From contig JBHLON010000017.1 of assembly GCA_048940445.1 (NCBI GenBank), positions 1,574 to 65,573 of the forward strand: a stretch of 64,000 nt of DNA. Direction: 5' to 3'. This DNA comes from Promethearchaeota archaeon (lineage in GTDB: Archaea > Asgardarchaeota > Lokiarchaeia > Sigyniarchaeales > SOKP01). Made by a program: the position numbers and the translations under genes. This document shows, piece by piece, positions 1 to 9,784 of the stretch (position 1 is the first letter of the stretch; each line of letters starts with the position of its first letter). The notes below the pieces were generated by a model that was given only the letters and a program-made list of their open reading frames with translations, made no database searches and was not told the origin of the DNA.

Positions 1-116
1 TCTTTTAAAGCAGGTTGTCTTTTTGCCGGAATCACTGTTATACACCATTCTGGATTCAAATCAATTTCTAATCCCTTCCTACCATAGTCAAATTTTATTC
101 GATCTCACCTTCCTTA

Positions 117-1004
117 TTAAATATTCTTGAATTCTTTTCCACAAAAACCCCACGATTTTAAAATAGTTTCTGCTTCGAAAATAATATTATCAATAAAACT
201 TTTTACTGGAACAATTTTTTCAATATGTCCTGCTGCTGTACTCCAAATACTTTTATCTTTTAATTGAAAATGATAAATTTGTTTGTAAAATTTTTCCTCA
301 AAAATATCTTGATTTATTAATTTCATTTTATAACTTTGAGGTATACTACATTCTTCAGTCGCTAAAATGGCTGTCCCAAAACACACAGCATCTGCTCCCA
401 TGGCAAGAGCTGCAAGAAAACCTCGTGCATCACCAATACCTCCAGCCGCTATGACAGGTATCTTTAATAATTTCTTAGCCATAGTAATATTTACAAGTGT
501 AGTATTTTGCAAAGGATTCTTAAAACCTGTTCCTTCCAAACCAACTAAAGTCACTGCATCTGCTCCCAATTTCTCAGCAGATTGAGCATGCCTTAAAGTC
601 GCGCATTTATGAAACCATAATCCGCCGCTATCATGAACCTTTTTACCAATATGAGGGGCTTGATATGCAGAAGTGGTAAAAATTTTAACACCATGATCTA
701 AAGCGATATCAAGAAAATTTAAATAAAAATCTTCCGTTCTTGGTTTTGGAACTTTTTTAGCCGTCTCTGGAGGCATAATGGAAAAATTAATTCCAAATGG
801 TTTACTTGTTAAGGTTTTCATAACGTTTAATTCATTTAAAAATTCTTCATTTGTATCAAAATTTAATGCAGTGATAATGCCTAGCCCTCCGGCATTCGAA
901 AAAGAAGCTGCAAACTTAGCCCTCCCTACCCCAGCAAAAGCGCCCATTATTATAGGGAATTCTATGCCTGTCATCTGAGTAACTTTGGTTGTCCATTTCA
1001 GCAT
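117..1004 (-). CDS. FMN-dependent oxidoreductase, nitronate monooxygenase / FabK-like family
   Basis: 295-aa ORF. 'FPIIMGAFAGV', 'AGGLGIITA' and 'IPVIAAGGIGDARG...AMGADAV' match the NMO/2-nitropropane dioxygenase TIM-barrel pattern. Confidence 0.75.
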   Translation of the reverse strand: MLKWTTKVTQMTGIEFPIIMGAFAGVGRAKFAASFSNAGGLGIITALNFDTNEEFLNELNVMKTLTSKPFGINFSIMPPETAKKVPKPRTEDFYLNFLDIALDHGVKIFTTSAYQAPHIGKKVHDSGGLWFHKCATLRHAQSAEKLGADAVTLVGLEGTGFKNPLQNTTLVNITMAKKLLKIPVIAAGGIGDARGFLAALAMGADAVCFGTAILATEECSIPQSYKMKLINQDIFEEKFYKQIYHFQLKDKSIWSTAAGHIEKIVPVKSFIDNIIFEAETILKSWGFCGKEFKNI

Positions 1005-1171
1005 TATTAATCCCTTATTTTTACTAAATTGAAAAAAAATGCAATTTTAAGGAGGTAATCATTTATATTATAATAAATAAATATATTTTCTTAGAGAGAT
1101 CAGCATAAAAATTTTTACACTTTTATGTTTTTAATGAGATTTTTAATAGTAAATTAAAATTAGGGATTATA

Positions 1172-1591
1172 TTGCCAAAAATAATTAAAGATTTATGGAT
1201 TCTTACTTCCACGGGAGTTACTCTCTATTCAAGAGTTGCTGACCATGAAAAAATAAATCCCCAATTATTTGGCGCATTAATGTCTGCTCTAAATACTTTT
1301 GCTGAAAAACTTTCTAATGGAGGTATCTCTAATTTTGAAATGAGTGACATGAGGTTTACTATTGTTAAACGAAGAGATTATCTGTTCGTGGGTACTGCCC
1401 TAAATAAGACTAAAGAGAAAAAAGTAGTTGATGAATTAAAGACAATAAGTGATAAATTTTTTGAAATATATTCTTCTGAAGCTTTACTTAAATGGGATGG
1501 TGATGTATCTATTTTTGCTAATTTTGGCCAATTTATAGAAAATTCTTTAGAAAAACCTGTAGATAAATTAAAAGAGGCATTTTGGTCGTAA
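1172..1591 (+). CDS. small longin/roadblock-like domain protein (hypothetical)
   Basis: 139 aa. The pattern 'LWILTSTGVTLYSR...QLFGALMSALNTFAEKL...ISNFEMSDMRFTIVKRRDYLFVGTA' resembles longin domains of Mon1/Fuzzy-type proteins. Recognised by eye only. Confidence 0.4.
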   Translation: MPKIIKDLWILTSTGVTLYSRVADHEKINPQLFGALMSALNTFAEKLSNGGISNFEMSDMRFTIVKRRDYLFVGTALNKTKEKKVVDELKTISDKFFEIYSSEALLKWDGDVSIFANFGQFIENSLEKPVDKLKEAFWS

Positions 1592-1698
1592 GAGAAATTT
1601 GAAATTCAAAATTATAAAGAATTTTATTCTATAAGCATAAAAAATTTAAGATTGGATGTATATTTATTTCATGAATCAAATATATAATCAAATTATTT

Positions 1699-2046
1699 AT
1701 GACAAAGCAAAAAAAAAATAAAACAGATAATGGATCTTCACATGAAGTGAAAATAATTCAAAACTACGAAGAAGCATTCAATTCTAAATCAAGACTAAAT
1801 CCATTAAGAAGCACTAGTTTTAATAATATTATCAAAAATCTTTCTACGCCCCGCTTTCTAGGATCTTATCACCTCAAAGAAGCAGACAATCCCCAATTTA
1901 AGCCAATTGAAAACTTACTGAGAGGGAATCTTCAATTCAAGTATTCAAAATCCTTAAGAAGTATCGTTTTTAATCCAATAACTATTACTCTAATTGTAAT
2001 TGCGTTAGTTTTTAATCTATTTTTGTTATTTACAATCTTATTTTAA
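1699..2046 (+). CDS. tail-anchored membrane protein (hypothetical)
   Basis: 115 aa. Polar N-terminal region and a single hydrophobic helix at the extreme C-terminus (ITITLIVIALVFNLFLLFTILF). Confidence 0.4.
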   Translation: MTKQKKNKTDNGSSHEVKIIQNYEEAFNSKSRLNPLRSTSFNNIIKNLSTPRFLGSYHLKEADNPQFKPIENLLRGNLQFKYSKSLRSIVFNPITITLIVIALVFNLFLLFTILF

Positions 2047-2153
2047 AATATATTTATTTAGAATTTCAATTTTCTAATTAAATTTTAAAGAAATCTTACA
2101 ATTTATAACATAACTCACACTTCTCATTTAATTTATTAGGTAGGGATTAATAG

Positions 2154-3623
2154 TTGATATATGATGTCATTATAATTGGTGGTGGGGTAACTGGATGTTG
2201 TATAGCACGTACATTATCTAAATACAACCTGAAAATTTGTCTATTGGAAAAAGAAGCAGATATTGCAACTGGTACAACTAAGGCAAATTCTGGAGTTATC
2301 CACGCAGGTTATGGAGCCCCAAGGGAACATATAAGACGCAACTTTTGTATAAGGGGGAATAAACTCTATACCCAAGCAGCAGAAGAATTAAACTTTCCAT
2401 TTCAGAGAATTGGATCATTTGTAGTAGCTTTGGAAGACAATCAAATAAAGTTTCTTGAAGAGGAACGTAAACGTGGAATAGAGGATGGTATTCCAGGATT
2501 AGAACTTATACTAGATAAAGAAAAAATCAAATATATGGAACCTAATATCACAGATGATGTGATAGGTGTGTTACATGCCCCTACAGCTGGTATTGTAAGC
2601 CCTTATGAAATGACATTTGCTTTGGCTGAAAATGCTGCTATGAATGGGGTACAATTCTTCCGAAACCAAAAAGTCACTAAAATTAAACATCAAGATTATA
2701 TTTTTAAAATAAAGACCAAATCAGATGATTTTCAAGCGCGAAATGTGATTAATGCTGCTGGATTATATGCCGCTAAGGTCTCAAAGATGGTGGGCTTAGA
2801 GTCTTTTGAAATTATGCCAAGAAAGGGGGAATATATCTTATTTGATCGAAATGCAATGCATTTGAACAAAATTTTATTTCCAATACCCACTAAAGTGTCC
2901 AAAGGGATTTTGGTATGTCCAACGATTCATGGAAATACATTTGTTGGACCTAATGCTCAAAATATTACAGATAAGAAAGATATTTCGACAACAGAAGCTG
3001 GTTTGAAGGAAATAATTGAGGGTGGAAGACAATTAGTACCTAATTTACCATTAAGAGCCTCAATAAGAAATTTTGCAGGATTAAGGGCAGTACCAGATAC
3101 TTATGATTTCATTGTTGATAACACAGACATTTACGGCTTCATTAACGTTGCAGGGATTCTATCACCAGGATTAACTTCTTGTTATGCTATTGCCGAAAGA
3201 GTTATTGAATTTCTTCAATTACTGGGAGTTGAACTTAAAGAAAAAGAGGATTATAGTCCAAATCGCTCTAAACCAGAAAGGTTTAAGGATTTATCCAAAG
3301 CTGAACTAGATGCAAAGATAAAGGAAGATCCCAACTGGGCAAGAATTATTTGCCGGTGCGAAATGATCCCAGAAAAGGAAATAATAGATTCCATTCATAT
3401 GCGAGTAGGAGCTACAACCGTTGATGGTGTAAAATTCCGATGTCGCCCCGGCATGGGAAGATGCGGAGGTGGTTTTTGTCGCCCGCGTGTGATAGAAATT
3501 TTGTCCAGAGAATTAGGAATAACTTATGAAGAAGTTAGCAAAAGAGGAGAAGATACTTATTTTTTAATTGGTAAAACCAAAGATCTTCAACGTGACAAAA
3601 TTCAAGAAGGTGTTAATGAATGA
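2154..3623 (+). CDS. FAD-dependent glycerol-3-phosphate dehydrogenase-like oxidoreductase (GlpA/GlpD family) with BFD-like [2Fe-2S] domain
   Basis: TTG start. 'DVIIIGGGVTGCCIA' dinucleotide fold and C-terminal 'CRCEMIPEKEI...CRPGMGRCGGGFC' BFD-type cysteines. First gene of a three-gene unit. Confidence 0.75.
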   Translation: MIYDVIIIGGGVTGCCIARTLSKYNLKICLLEKEADIATGTTKANSGVIHAGYGAPREHIRRNFCIRGNKLYTQAAEELNFPFQRIGSFVVALEDNQIKFLEEERKRGIEDGIPGLELILDKEKIKYMEPNITDDVIGVLHAPTAGIVSPYEMTFALAENAAMNGVQFFRNQKVTKIKHQDYIFKIKTKSDDFQARNVINAAGLYAAKVSKMVGLESFEIMPRKGEYILFDRNAMHLNKILFPIPTKVSKGILVCPTIHGNTFVGPNAQNITDKKDISTTEAGLKEIIEGGRQLVPNLPLRASIRNFAGLRAVPDTYDFIVDNTDIYGFINVAGILSPGLTSCYAIAERVIEFLQLLGVELKEKEDYSPNRSKPERFKDLSKAELDAKIKEDPNWARIICRCEMIPEKEIIDSIHMRVGATTVDGVKFRCRPGMGRCGGGFCRPRVIEILSRELGITYEEVSKRGEDTYFLIGKTKDLQRDKIQEGVNE

Positions 3624-4918
3624 AGAAGTACAATACTGATGTTGTCGTTATAGGTTCGGGAGCAGCAGGTTTAGCTTCCGCTATTGAAGTAAAAAACGCA
3701 GATCTAAATGTCTTAATTATTGAGAGAGATAAAGAACTAGGTGGAATTACTTTACAATGTATTCATAATGGGTTTGGATTAAAAGAGTTTAAAGAAGAAT
3801 TAACAGGACCGGAATATATTCAGAGATTTATAAATCAAATAAAAGAACTGAAAATCCCATTTTTATTAGACACAATGGTTTTTGAAATTGCTAATGATAA
3901 GAAGTTATTTGCTGTTAATAAACAAGAAGGTCTTATAGAAATTGAAGCAAAATCAATAATTTTAGCTATGGGTTGTAGAGAAAGGACAAGAGGGGCAATC
4001 AATATACCTGGTTTCAGGCCTTCTGGAATTTATACAGCTGGGCAAGCTCAGCGATTTGTAAATATTGAGGGTTATTTACCAGGTACAACTTTTGTAATTT
4101 TAGGGAGTGGAGATATTGGAATGATAATGGCACGTAGATTAACATGGGAAGGTTGTAAAGTGAAAGCAGTAGTTGAGATACAACCCTATGTGAGTGGATT
4201 ATTAAGAAATCAAGTACAATGTTTGGAAGATTATGAAATTCCTCTGATCACCAGTTATACAGTCACTAAAATTCATGGAAGAGATAGAGTAAAAGGAGTT
4301 ACGATATCTAAAGTTGACAGAAATTTTGATCGTATTGTGGGTTCTGATAAATTCATCGAATGTGATACTTTACTATTATCAGTTGGATTAATTCCAGAAA
4401 ATGAATTAACCTTACAAGCAGGTGCAGAACTTTCTAAAAATGGTGGTCCAGTTGTTGATAATAACTTAGAAACGACTATTGAAGGGATTTTTGCATGTGG
4501 AAATGTGTTACAAGTGCATGATTTAGTTGATTTAGTTACAGCTGAAGCAAAACGAGCTGGGTTGAATGCTGTTGAATACATTATGAAAAGATATGGTAAA
4601 AAAATTAAGCCTCACAAAATGATTAAACTCATTCCTGGAGAAAATGTTAATTACATTAAACCTGATATAATAAACAATAACGATATATCCAAAGAACTTA
4701 TTTTCACTTTCAGAGTTAATTATCCTGATAGAAGAGTGCTTATCCAATTCAAAAATGAAGAAAATAATGTTATATATAAAAGAAAAAAGATATATGTGAT
4801 TCCGAGTGAAATGGTAGAATTGAGCATCAACCTAAAGAAAGAAGGTTTAAAACCTGATTGCAAGACAATTACAGTTGAAGTAATCCCTCGTCCAGAAGTA
4901 TTAATAGAAGAAGATTAA
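3620..4918 (+). CDS. NAD(P)/FAD-dependent pyridine nucleotide-disulfide oxidoreductase subunit
   Basis: ATGA start/stop overlap with the upstream gene. 'DVVVIGSGAAGLASA' and a second Rossmann motif 'FVILGSGDIGM'; 'FACGNV' near the C-terminus. Confidence 0.75.
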   Translation: MKKYNTDVVVIGSGAAGLASAIEVKNADLNVLIIERDKELGGITLQCIHNGFGLKEFKEELTGPEYIQRFINQIKELKIPFLLDTMVFEIANDKKLFAVNKQEGLIEIEAKSIILAMGCRERTRGAINIPGFRPSGIYTAGQAQRFVNIEGYLPGTTFVILGSGDIGMIMARRLTWEGCKVKAVVEIQPYVSGLLRNQVQCLEDYEIPLITSYTVTKIHGRDRVKGVTISKVDRNFDRIVGSDKFIECDTLLLSVGLIPENELTLQAGAELSKNGGPVVDNNLETTIEGIFACGNVLQVHDLVDLVTAEAKRAGLNAVEYIMKRYGKKIKPHKMIKLIPGENVNYIKPDIINNNDISKELIFTFRVNYPDRRVLIQFKNEENNVIYKRKKIYVIPSEMVELSINLKKEGLKPDCKTITVEVIPRPEVLIEED

Positions 4919-4934
4919 TGTGAAGTGATAAAAA

Positions 4935-5315
4935 ATGTCAGAATTAAGTACAATAAGAATAATTCGATGCATTGTATGCCCAACAGGCTGCGAGATAAAA
5001 GTTAAAAAAGATCCAAGCGATAAAGTAACATTTGAAGGTTATACTTGCGATCGGGGTTTAGAATATGCTCAACAGGAGTTCTATGAACCTAAGAGAATAC
5101 TTACTTCTACAATGCAAGTAAAACATGGTTTTTTACCCTTAATACCTGTAAGGACAGATAAAGCTATTCTTAAAGATCAATTAAAAAATGTAATGAAAGA
5201 AATAGCAAATGTAGAAGTAGAAGCTCCAATTAAAATGGGAGATATATTAATTGAAAATGTTCTTGGATTAGGAGCTAATATAATAGCAAGTAGAGATTTG
5301 AACAAAGAAGAATAG
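4935..5315 (+). CDS. DUF1667 domain protein (third subunit of the GlpA-like/NOX complex)
   Basis: 126 aa. 'CIVCPTGCEIKV...YTCDRGLEYAQQE' is the typical DUF1667 signature, in the conserved position after the two flavoproteins. Confidence 0.75.
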   Translation: MSELSTIRIIRCIVCPTGCEIKVKKDPSDKVTFEGYTCDRGLEYAQQEFYEPKRILTSTMQVKHGFLPLIPVRTDKAILKDQLKNVMKEIANVEVEAPIKMGDILIENVLGLGANIIASRDLNKEE

Positions 5316-5445
5316 TTTAATAAGAGGGTTAAAAGCTTATAAAAAAGCATATTTATCTCTTTTTTAAAACTCTACAGTTTACTAAATTAGGATTTTCTTG
5401 AATTATAAAATCAAAAATTTTTTGAATTCATAACCGTTTTCCATA

Positions 5446-5925
5446 ATGAAATTGAGAAATCATTTAAAAATGCCAGAAATGGATCAAATTTATAAAGTGG
5501 ATGAAAACCTATATATTGGAGCTTATTGGCCTAGGTTAAATTTTACGAAATTCAAAGAGCTTGGTATCACTGCAATAGTGAATTTAATGGAAGAAAATCT
5601 TTATGATCCAACAATTGAAGGTTTTGCCTATTTGCATAAAGGATTTCCTGATGATTGGTATCCTCCTCATAACTATATAAAGCAAATTTTGGAATTTATC
5701 GATAGAAACATTAGAAATGGAAAGGTCCTTGTACATTGTGCTATGGGAATAAGCAGATCTGGAGGAATAGTTGTAGCATGGCTAATGAAAAAACACCCTA
5801 AATGGACGTGGAAAGATGCCCTAGGATATGTAAATCAATCCAGATTGATATTTCCTGCTATTGAAATTAAGGAGTCTATTTTAGATTACTTTGAATCTAT
5901 AGAAGGAATAAGAAGAGAAATATAA
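5446..5925 (+). CDS. dual-specificity (Cys-based) protein phosphatase
   Basis: Active-site loop 'VHCAMGISRSGG' (HCxxGxxRS). Confidence 0.75.
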   Translation: MKLRNHLKMPEMDQIYKVDENLYIGAYWPRLNFTKFKELGITAIVNLMEENLYDPTIEGFAYLHKGFPDDWYPPHNYIKQILEFIDRNIRNGKVLVHCAMGISRSGGIVVAWLMKKHPKWTWKDALGYVNQSRLIFPAIEIKESILDYFESIEGIRREI

Positions 5926-6009
5926 GAATTATCATTTTACAAACATTTTTAAGAACATTTTTAGATCTTTTATTAAAGTATATATTTAAATTGAATTGGA
6001 GAAATTGAT

Positions 6010-6339
6010 ATGTCATTTTTTGAGGAGAAAGTACTATCACTACTAGAACAAATTAGTGAGAAGTTAGATAAACTTCTTGAACCAATTACCATCAAAACTA
6101 CTCAAATTGATAACATGACTAGTGAAAGAACTGTTAAACCATCATCAGTGGTGGAAAAGCAAGAAGAGGAAGAAAAGGCATTGGAACATCCTCCTATTGA
6201 AGGTAGGAGGGTTTGTCCAGATTGTGCGAGTACTGATTTTAGAACTGAAGAAGATAAAAGTCAGGTTTTACACCAGATGGGTGGAATTAAAATATACGCC
6301 AAAAAGTATATTTGTAAACGTTGTGGTAAGGTTTTATAA
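6010..6339 (+). CDS. small zinc-ribbon protein (hypothetical)
   Basis: 109 aa. Acidic linker followed by CPDC...CKRC. Confidence 0.45.
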   Translation: MSFFEEKVLSLLEQISEKLDKLLEPITIKTTQIDNMTSERTVKPSSVVEKQEEEEKALEHPPIEGRRVCPDCASTDFRTEEDKSQVLHQMGGIKIYAKKYICKRCGKVL

Positions 6340-6778
6340 ATATATTTTTACTTTTTAATTATTTTTTCAGGAGGTTTTCCTGACTAATATCAATAGAGTT
6401 TACGCTTTCATGTTTCAGAGGCATATCTTCTTATAAGATGGGATAATCATATTGATTTTCCATCTACATCCATCCTTTATTAAGTATTAATTCTTTAAAA
6501 TACCCTTTGCATTTTTTATATAAATTAAAAGAGTTAAAGCATCATTGAGAAGATTTTAGATTTTGTAATTGTTGTTATTTTGGGTGTGCTATTTTATCAA
6601 GTTTGCCTACGAAATTGCGACCCCTATTTTATAAATCTATTCAACGATACTTAAGAGGCAACTTAAAGTGTATTTAGATTTAATAATTTAATTATTATAA
6701 TGAAATAGCTAATTCCAGTTAAAGATTTTTAAAAAAATTTAATTGAAATTAAATCTTCTAAATTATTGTGATTAAAGT

Positions 6779-7399
6779 TTGACAAATGTAGATATTATAC
6801 TTCAGATAATGTTTATTAGTATTGGCATGGTAGCTTTAAGTTTATTGCTTAATAGAATTTTGGGAATAAATCTTGGTACTGCTAGAGAATTAAGACAAAA
6901 AGCGCTTAATCTTCAGGTACGTATGAGAACTGCTCAAGTAACTGCGAATGTTCAAGAAATCATTAAATTGCAACAAGAATCTACTGCTTTAATGAAGCAA
7001 ATGATGAAAAAACAATTACTTCCCTCATGTCTAAGATGTGTCGTCTTTCTCGGAATTTTTGCCATAATTGCAGTATTCTATGCCAATTATTCAGCTGGCC
7101 TTTTACCCTTCTTTATACCTCTTCTTGGAGATGGTTGGGTGGCACTATACTTCCTTTTTTCTCTTGGTTTTTCTCTATTAGCATATGGATTAAAAATATT
7201 GTATAGAAAAGTAACAGGTAAAACGGATTCTAGAACTAAAATCTCAAAAGAAATAATGAATGCATTATCTCCAGGATCGGAGGAAACGGAAACAGGCTTC
7301 CAATTAACTAGGCAATTACCATCATCCTCAGATGAAACTTTACAAGAAGAAAATACTGAAAAACCTGATTCATGGAAAGATAGGATCAAAAAGCCATAA
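6779..7399 (+). CDS. DUF106 / EMC3-TMCO1-like membrane protein (archaeal Oxa1/YidC-superfamily insertase candidate)
   Basis: TTG start (alternative ATG at 6809). The layout is TM1, then an amphipathic coiled region 'ARELRQKALNLQ...LQQESTALMKQMMKKQ', then TM2/TM3 and a polar tail. Confidence 0.5.
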   Translation: MTNVDIILQIMFISIGMVALSLLLNRILGINLGTARELRQKALNLQVRMRTAQVTANVQEIIKLQQESTALMKQMMKKQLLPSCLRCVVFLGIFAIIAVFYANYSAGLLPFFIPLLGDGWVALYFLFSLGFSLLAYGLKILYRKVTGKTDSRTKISKEIMNALSPGSEETETGFQLTRQLPSSSDETLQEENTEKPDSWKDRIKKP

Positions 7400-7439
7400 T
7401 TTGGGATACAGTAAAAAGTTATTAATAATCTATTTAGAT

Positions 7440-7763
7440 ATGAGATATTACAAAATAATATTTATTGGATTAATAATTATTTCAATAATTTTTTTGGTTT
7501 TGGGTTTCATTTTAGGGGACTTATTCATCTTGTTTCCTTCTTTCTTTATTTTGCCTCTTTCTTGCGGTGTCAGAAGAAGAGATGAAGAAACTACAGAAAC
7601 CGAAATTAATTCTTATGGGGACGTAGAGAATCATAAAAATCAGCAACAACATGATATGCAAAATTCCAACATTAATGAAAAAAGATGTTCAGCGTGTAAT
7701 AATATCATCTCAGAACAAAATTTAAGATTCTGTCCTTATTGTGGAAAAAGAGTTAAACAGTAA
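7440..7763 (+). CDS. membrane protein with C-terminal zinc ribbon (hypothetical)
   Basis: The internal ATG at 7440 avoids overlap with the upstream gene. Two TM helices, then 'CSACNN...CPYCG'. Confidence 0.45.
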   Translation: MRYYKIIFIGLIIISIIFLVLGFILGDLFILFPSFFILPLSCGVRRRDEETTETEINSYGDVENHKNQQQHDMQNSNINEKRCSACNNIISEQNLRFCPYCGKRVKQ

Positions 7764-8261
7764 TTGGTTGGAAAGACATTGAGCAAAGAGAATTTGAGAA
7801 ATCAAATGGTTTTGTATTTTCTTTTTGCAGCTGCTATGATTCTTCTAAATTATTTTATTCAAAAAATTAATCAACTTATAATCTACCCTTTAATCTGTGC
7901 CAATTTTGGGGATAATCCTATTATCTATTCCCTATATTGTTCAACAATCCCATATAATATGCATCAATTAATTGGATCCATACTTGCTGTTGGAATTACT
8001 TATCTTATTAAATTCTTTTTAGATAAGTATTACGTCTTTAAAAAAGCTGGAAGTAGATTAAAAGAAACATCGAAAGAGTTTATAAAGTACTTTTTATTCG
8101 CTATTTTAACAACTATTGAAAATATAGGAATACAATTTCTCCTCACTAACTTTTTGCACACTTCACTAGAAATAAGTTTTATTGTAGCGCTATCTATTGG
8201 ATATCTTACTAAATTTTTTCTTGATAGGAAATATGTATTCACTCAAGATTATTCAAATTAA
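7764..8261 (+). CDS. GtrA-like family membrane protein
   Basis: 4 TM helices. Duplicated 'KFFLDKYYVF' / 'KFFLDRKYVF' motif typical of GtrA. TTG start (alternative ATG at 7806). Confidence 0.6.
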   Translation: MVGKTLSKENLRNQMVLYFLFAAAMILLNYFIQKINQLIIYPLICANFGDNPIIYSLYCSTIPYNMHQLIGSILAVGITYLIKFFLDKYYVFKKAGSRLKETSKEFIKYFLFAILTTIENIGIQFLLTNFLHTSLEISFIVALSIGYLTKFFLDRKYVFTQDYSN

Positions 8262-8439
8262 GATATACCACATTAATTTATCCCTTTAGTAAAATTTTAA
8301 TGGATTTTATACAGAAAAGGTAAAATATTAAAGATAATTCTTGTTTTCTTTAATTTCCTCATTGAAATTCATATGTAGTATTATATAACATTTATTAAGA
8401 GTAGAAAAATTTAATAGATCAAAAATTGTTTTTTATATT

Positions 8440-9714
8440 ATGCCAGATGAACCAAACAATCAAAAAGATGAAGATGAATCAATTTCAGAAGCATTATCGT
8501 CTCTTGGTTGGGTAGAAGAAAAGGAGGAAGTTGATAAACCTATAGTGGAGAAAGGAAATCTTCAAGAACAATTGGATTATTTAAGTGAACAAAATAAAAA
8601 ACTAAATGAGCAAATTGTAAAATTATCAGGAGAAATAGAAAAAAAAGGGAATGATCATAAGTTTCTATTGCAAGAAAATGAAAAACTTCAGCAACTTGCT
8701 GATCAAAATAATACTACTATAGAAAATTTACTTCAAACAATTGTAAAGAAAGATGATTTAATAAAAGAATTAGAATCACAAATAAAGGATACTTCAGAGT
8801 CCACTCAAAAGGATATAGAGTTGAATGAACTCGTTGAGAATAAAAATGAAGAAATTAATAAGTTAAGCGGGCAATTAGAAACACAAGAGAAAGAAATAGA
8901 AAAATTAAATTCCTCAATCACCGATAAAAATCAATTACTACAAAACCAAACAAATGAAATAGATAATTTGAATGATACACTACAAGAATTAAAACAAAAA
9001 AATCAAACATTAGAGAAAGAACTCGAGCAATTAAAGTCTCAACAATCTGTAAATAAAGAATTAGTTGAGAGATTGAATGAAAAAGATAGTAAACTTAAAG
9101 AACTCCTAGAACAAGTACAATATCTTGAAAAAGACACTGTTCAAAAGTCTAAATTCGATAAACTTCAGGTGCTTTTAGAAAAAAAAGATGAAGTAATAAC
9201 TGAAAAAGAAAAAACTATTTTCTCAATTGATAACAATTTAGAAACAGCAAATAATAAAATAAAAGAGCTCCAACAACAGGTCGAAACATTTAGTTTGATG
9301 AAGAAAGATCTTGAGAAAAAAGAGGAAAGAATAAAAGAACTAGTTTTAGAAATTGAAAAGCTAACTCAAAAGGATAAAACCCGTGAAGAATATATAAATC
9401 GAATAGAAAAACAATTAGAAGAGTCCCAGGAAAAATCTGGTAGTATAATCGGAAAAGTTGAATTGGAAATTGCAAGCCTGCGTAACATTATCGAAGAACA
9501 AACCATTGAAATTAAAGATCTAAAAAAACAAGATACTCTCTTAAAGAATAAACTCTATGAAGCAGAACAGATTGAAGATAGAATCTTAGGAGAAATGCAG
9601 AATGTAAAGGATTCAAGATTAAAGTTACAATCTGAAATAGAAAAAAAAGATATAGAAATTATTGAATTAAAGAAAAAAATCAAATTGATGCGTAGAGATT
9701 TACAAAAGCCCTAA
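8440..9714 (+). CDS. long acidic coiled-coil protein (hypothetical)
   Basis: 424 aa, rich in E/K/L/Q/N with heptad-like composition throughout. No TM helix or enzymatic motif. Confidence 0.55.
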   Translation: MPDEPNNQKDEDESISEALSSLGWVEEKEEVDKPIVEKGNLQEQLDYLSEQNKKLNEQIVKLSGEIEKKGNDHKFLLQENEKLQQLADQNNTTIENLLQTIVKKDDLIKELESQIKDTSESTQKDIELNELVENKNEEINKLSGQLETQEKEIEKLNSSITDKNQLLQNQTNEIDNLNDTLQELKQKNQTLEKELEQLKSQQSVNKELVERLNEKDSKLKELLEQVQYLEKDTVQKSKFDKLQVLLEKKDEVITEKEKTIFSIDNNLETANNKIKELQQQVETFSLMKKDLEKKEERIKELVLEIEKLTQKDKTREEYINRIEKQLEESQEKSGSIIGKVELEIASLRNIIEEQTIEIKDLKKQDTLLKNKLYEAEQIEDRILGEMQNVKDSRLKLQSEIEKKDIEIIELKKKIKLMRRDLQKP

Positions 9715-9784
9715 GATTTGCTCTTTTCTTAGATAAAAAGTAGCTTTTAAAAAAAGTTTAAAGATAAAATTATATATTATAATC

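Noticed and set aside
367-978. ORFs 367-585 and 778-978 (+), antisense to the NMO-like gene.
   Set aside because: They lie entirely inside a well-supported 295-aa CDS on the other strand. Their composition is low-complexity (Ala/Pro/Ser-rich mirror translation) with no motifs.
4273-4747. Antisense ORFs 4273-4581 and 4532-4747. Many similar shadow ORFs fall in the same class: 7087-7389, 8030-8242, 9290-9475, 9948-10145, 10404-10628, 12552-12734, 16309-16545, 21145-21354, 22396-22587, 24440-24751, 27851-28099, 30163-30453, 30759-30974, 33008-33223, 33536-33757, 34562-34786, 37217-37408, 37904-38161, 45793-46047, 47716-47898, 51179-52494, 52819-53432.
   Set aside because: All are embedded in longer ORFs with recognisable domains or clear coding composition on the opposite strand or in another frame. 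This is typical shadow-ORF behaviour in AT-rich DNA.
2154-5315. The GlpA-like/NOX/DUF1667 trio as a novel system.
   Set aside because: This three-gene arrangement is a known, widespread anaerobic glycerol-3-phosphate dehydrogenase-type complex in Thermococcales, Thermotogae and Firmicutes. It is ordinary metabolism.
6122-6358. ORF 6122-6358 (+), overlapping the zinc-ribbon gene in another frame.
   Set aside because: The Lys/Arg-rich product is an out-of-frame read of a purine-rich segment. The frame starting at 6010 carries the CxxC pairs.
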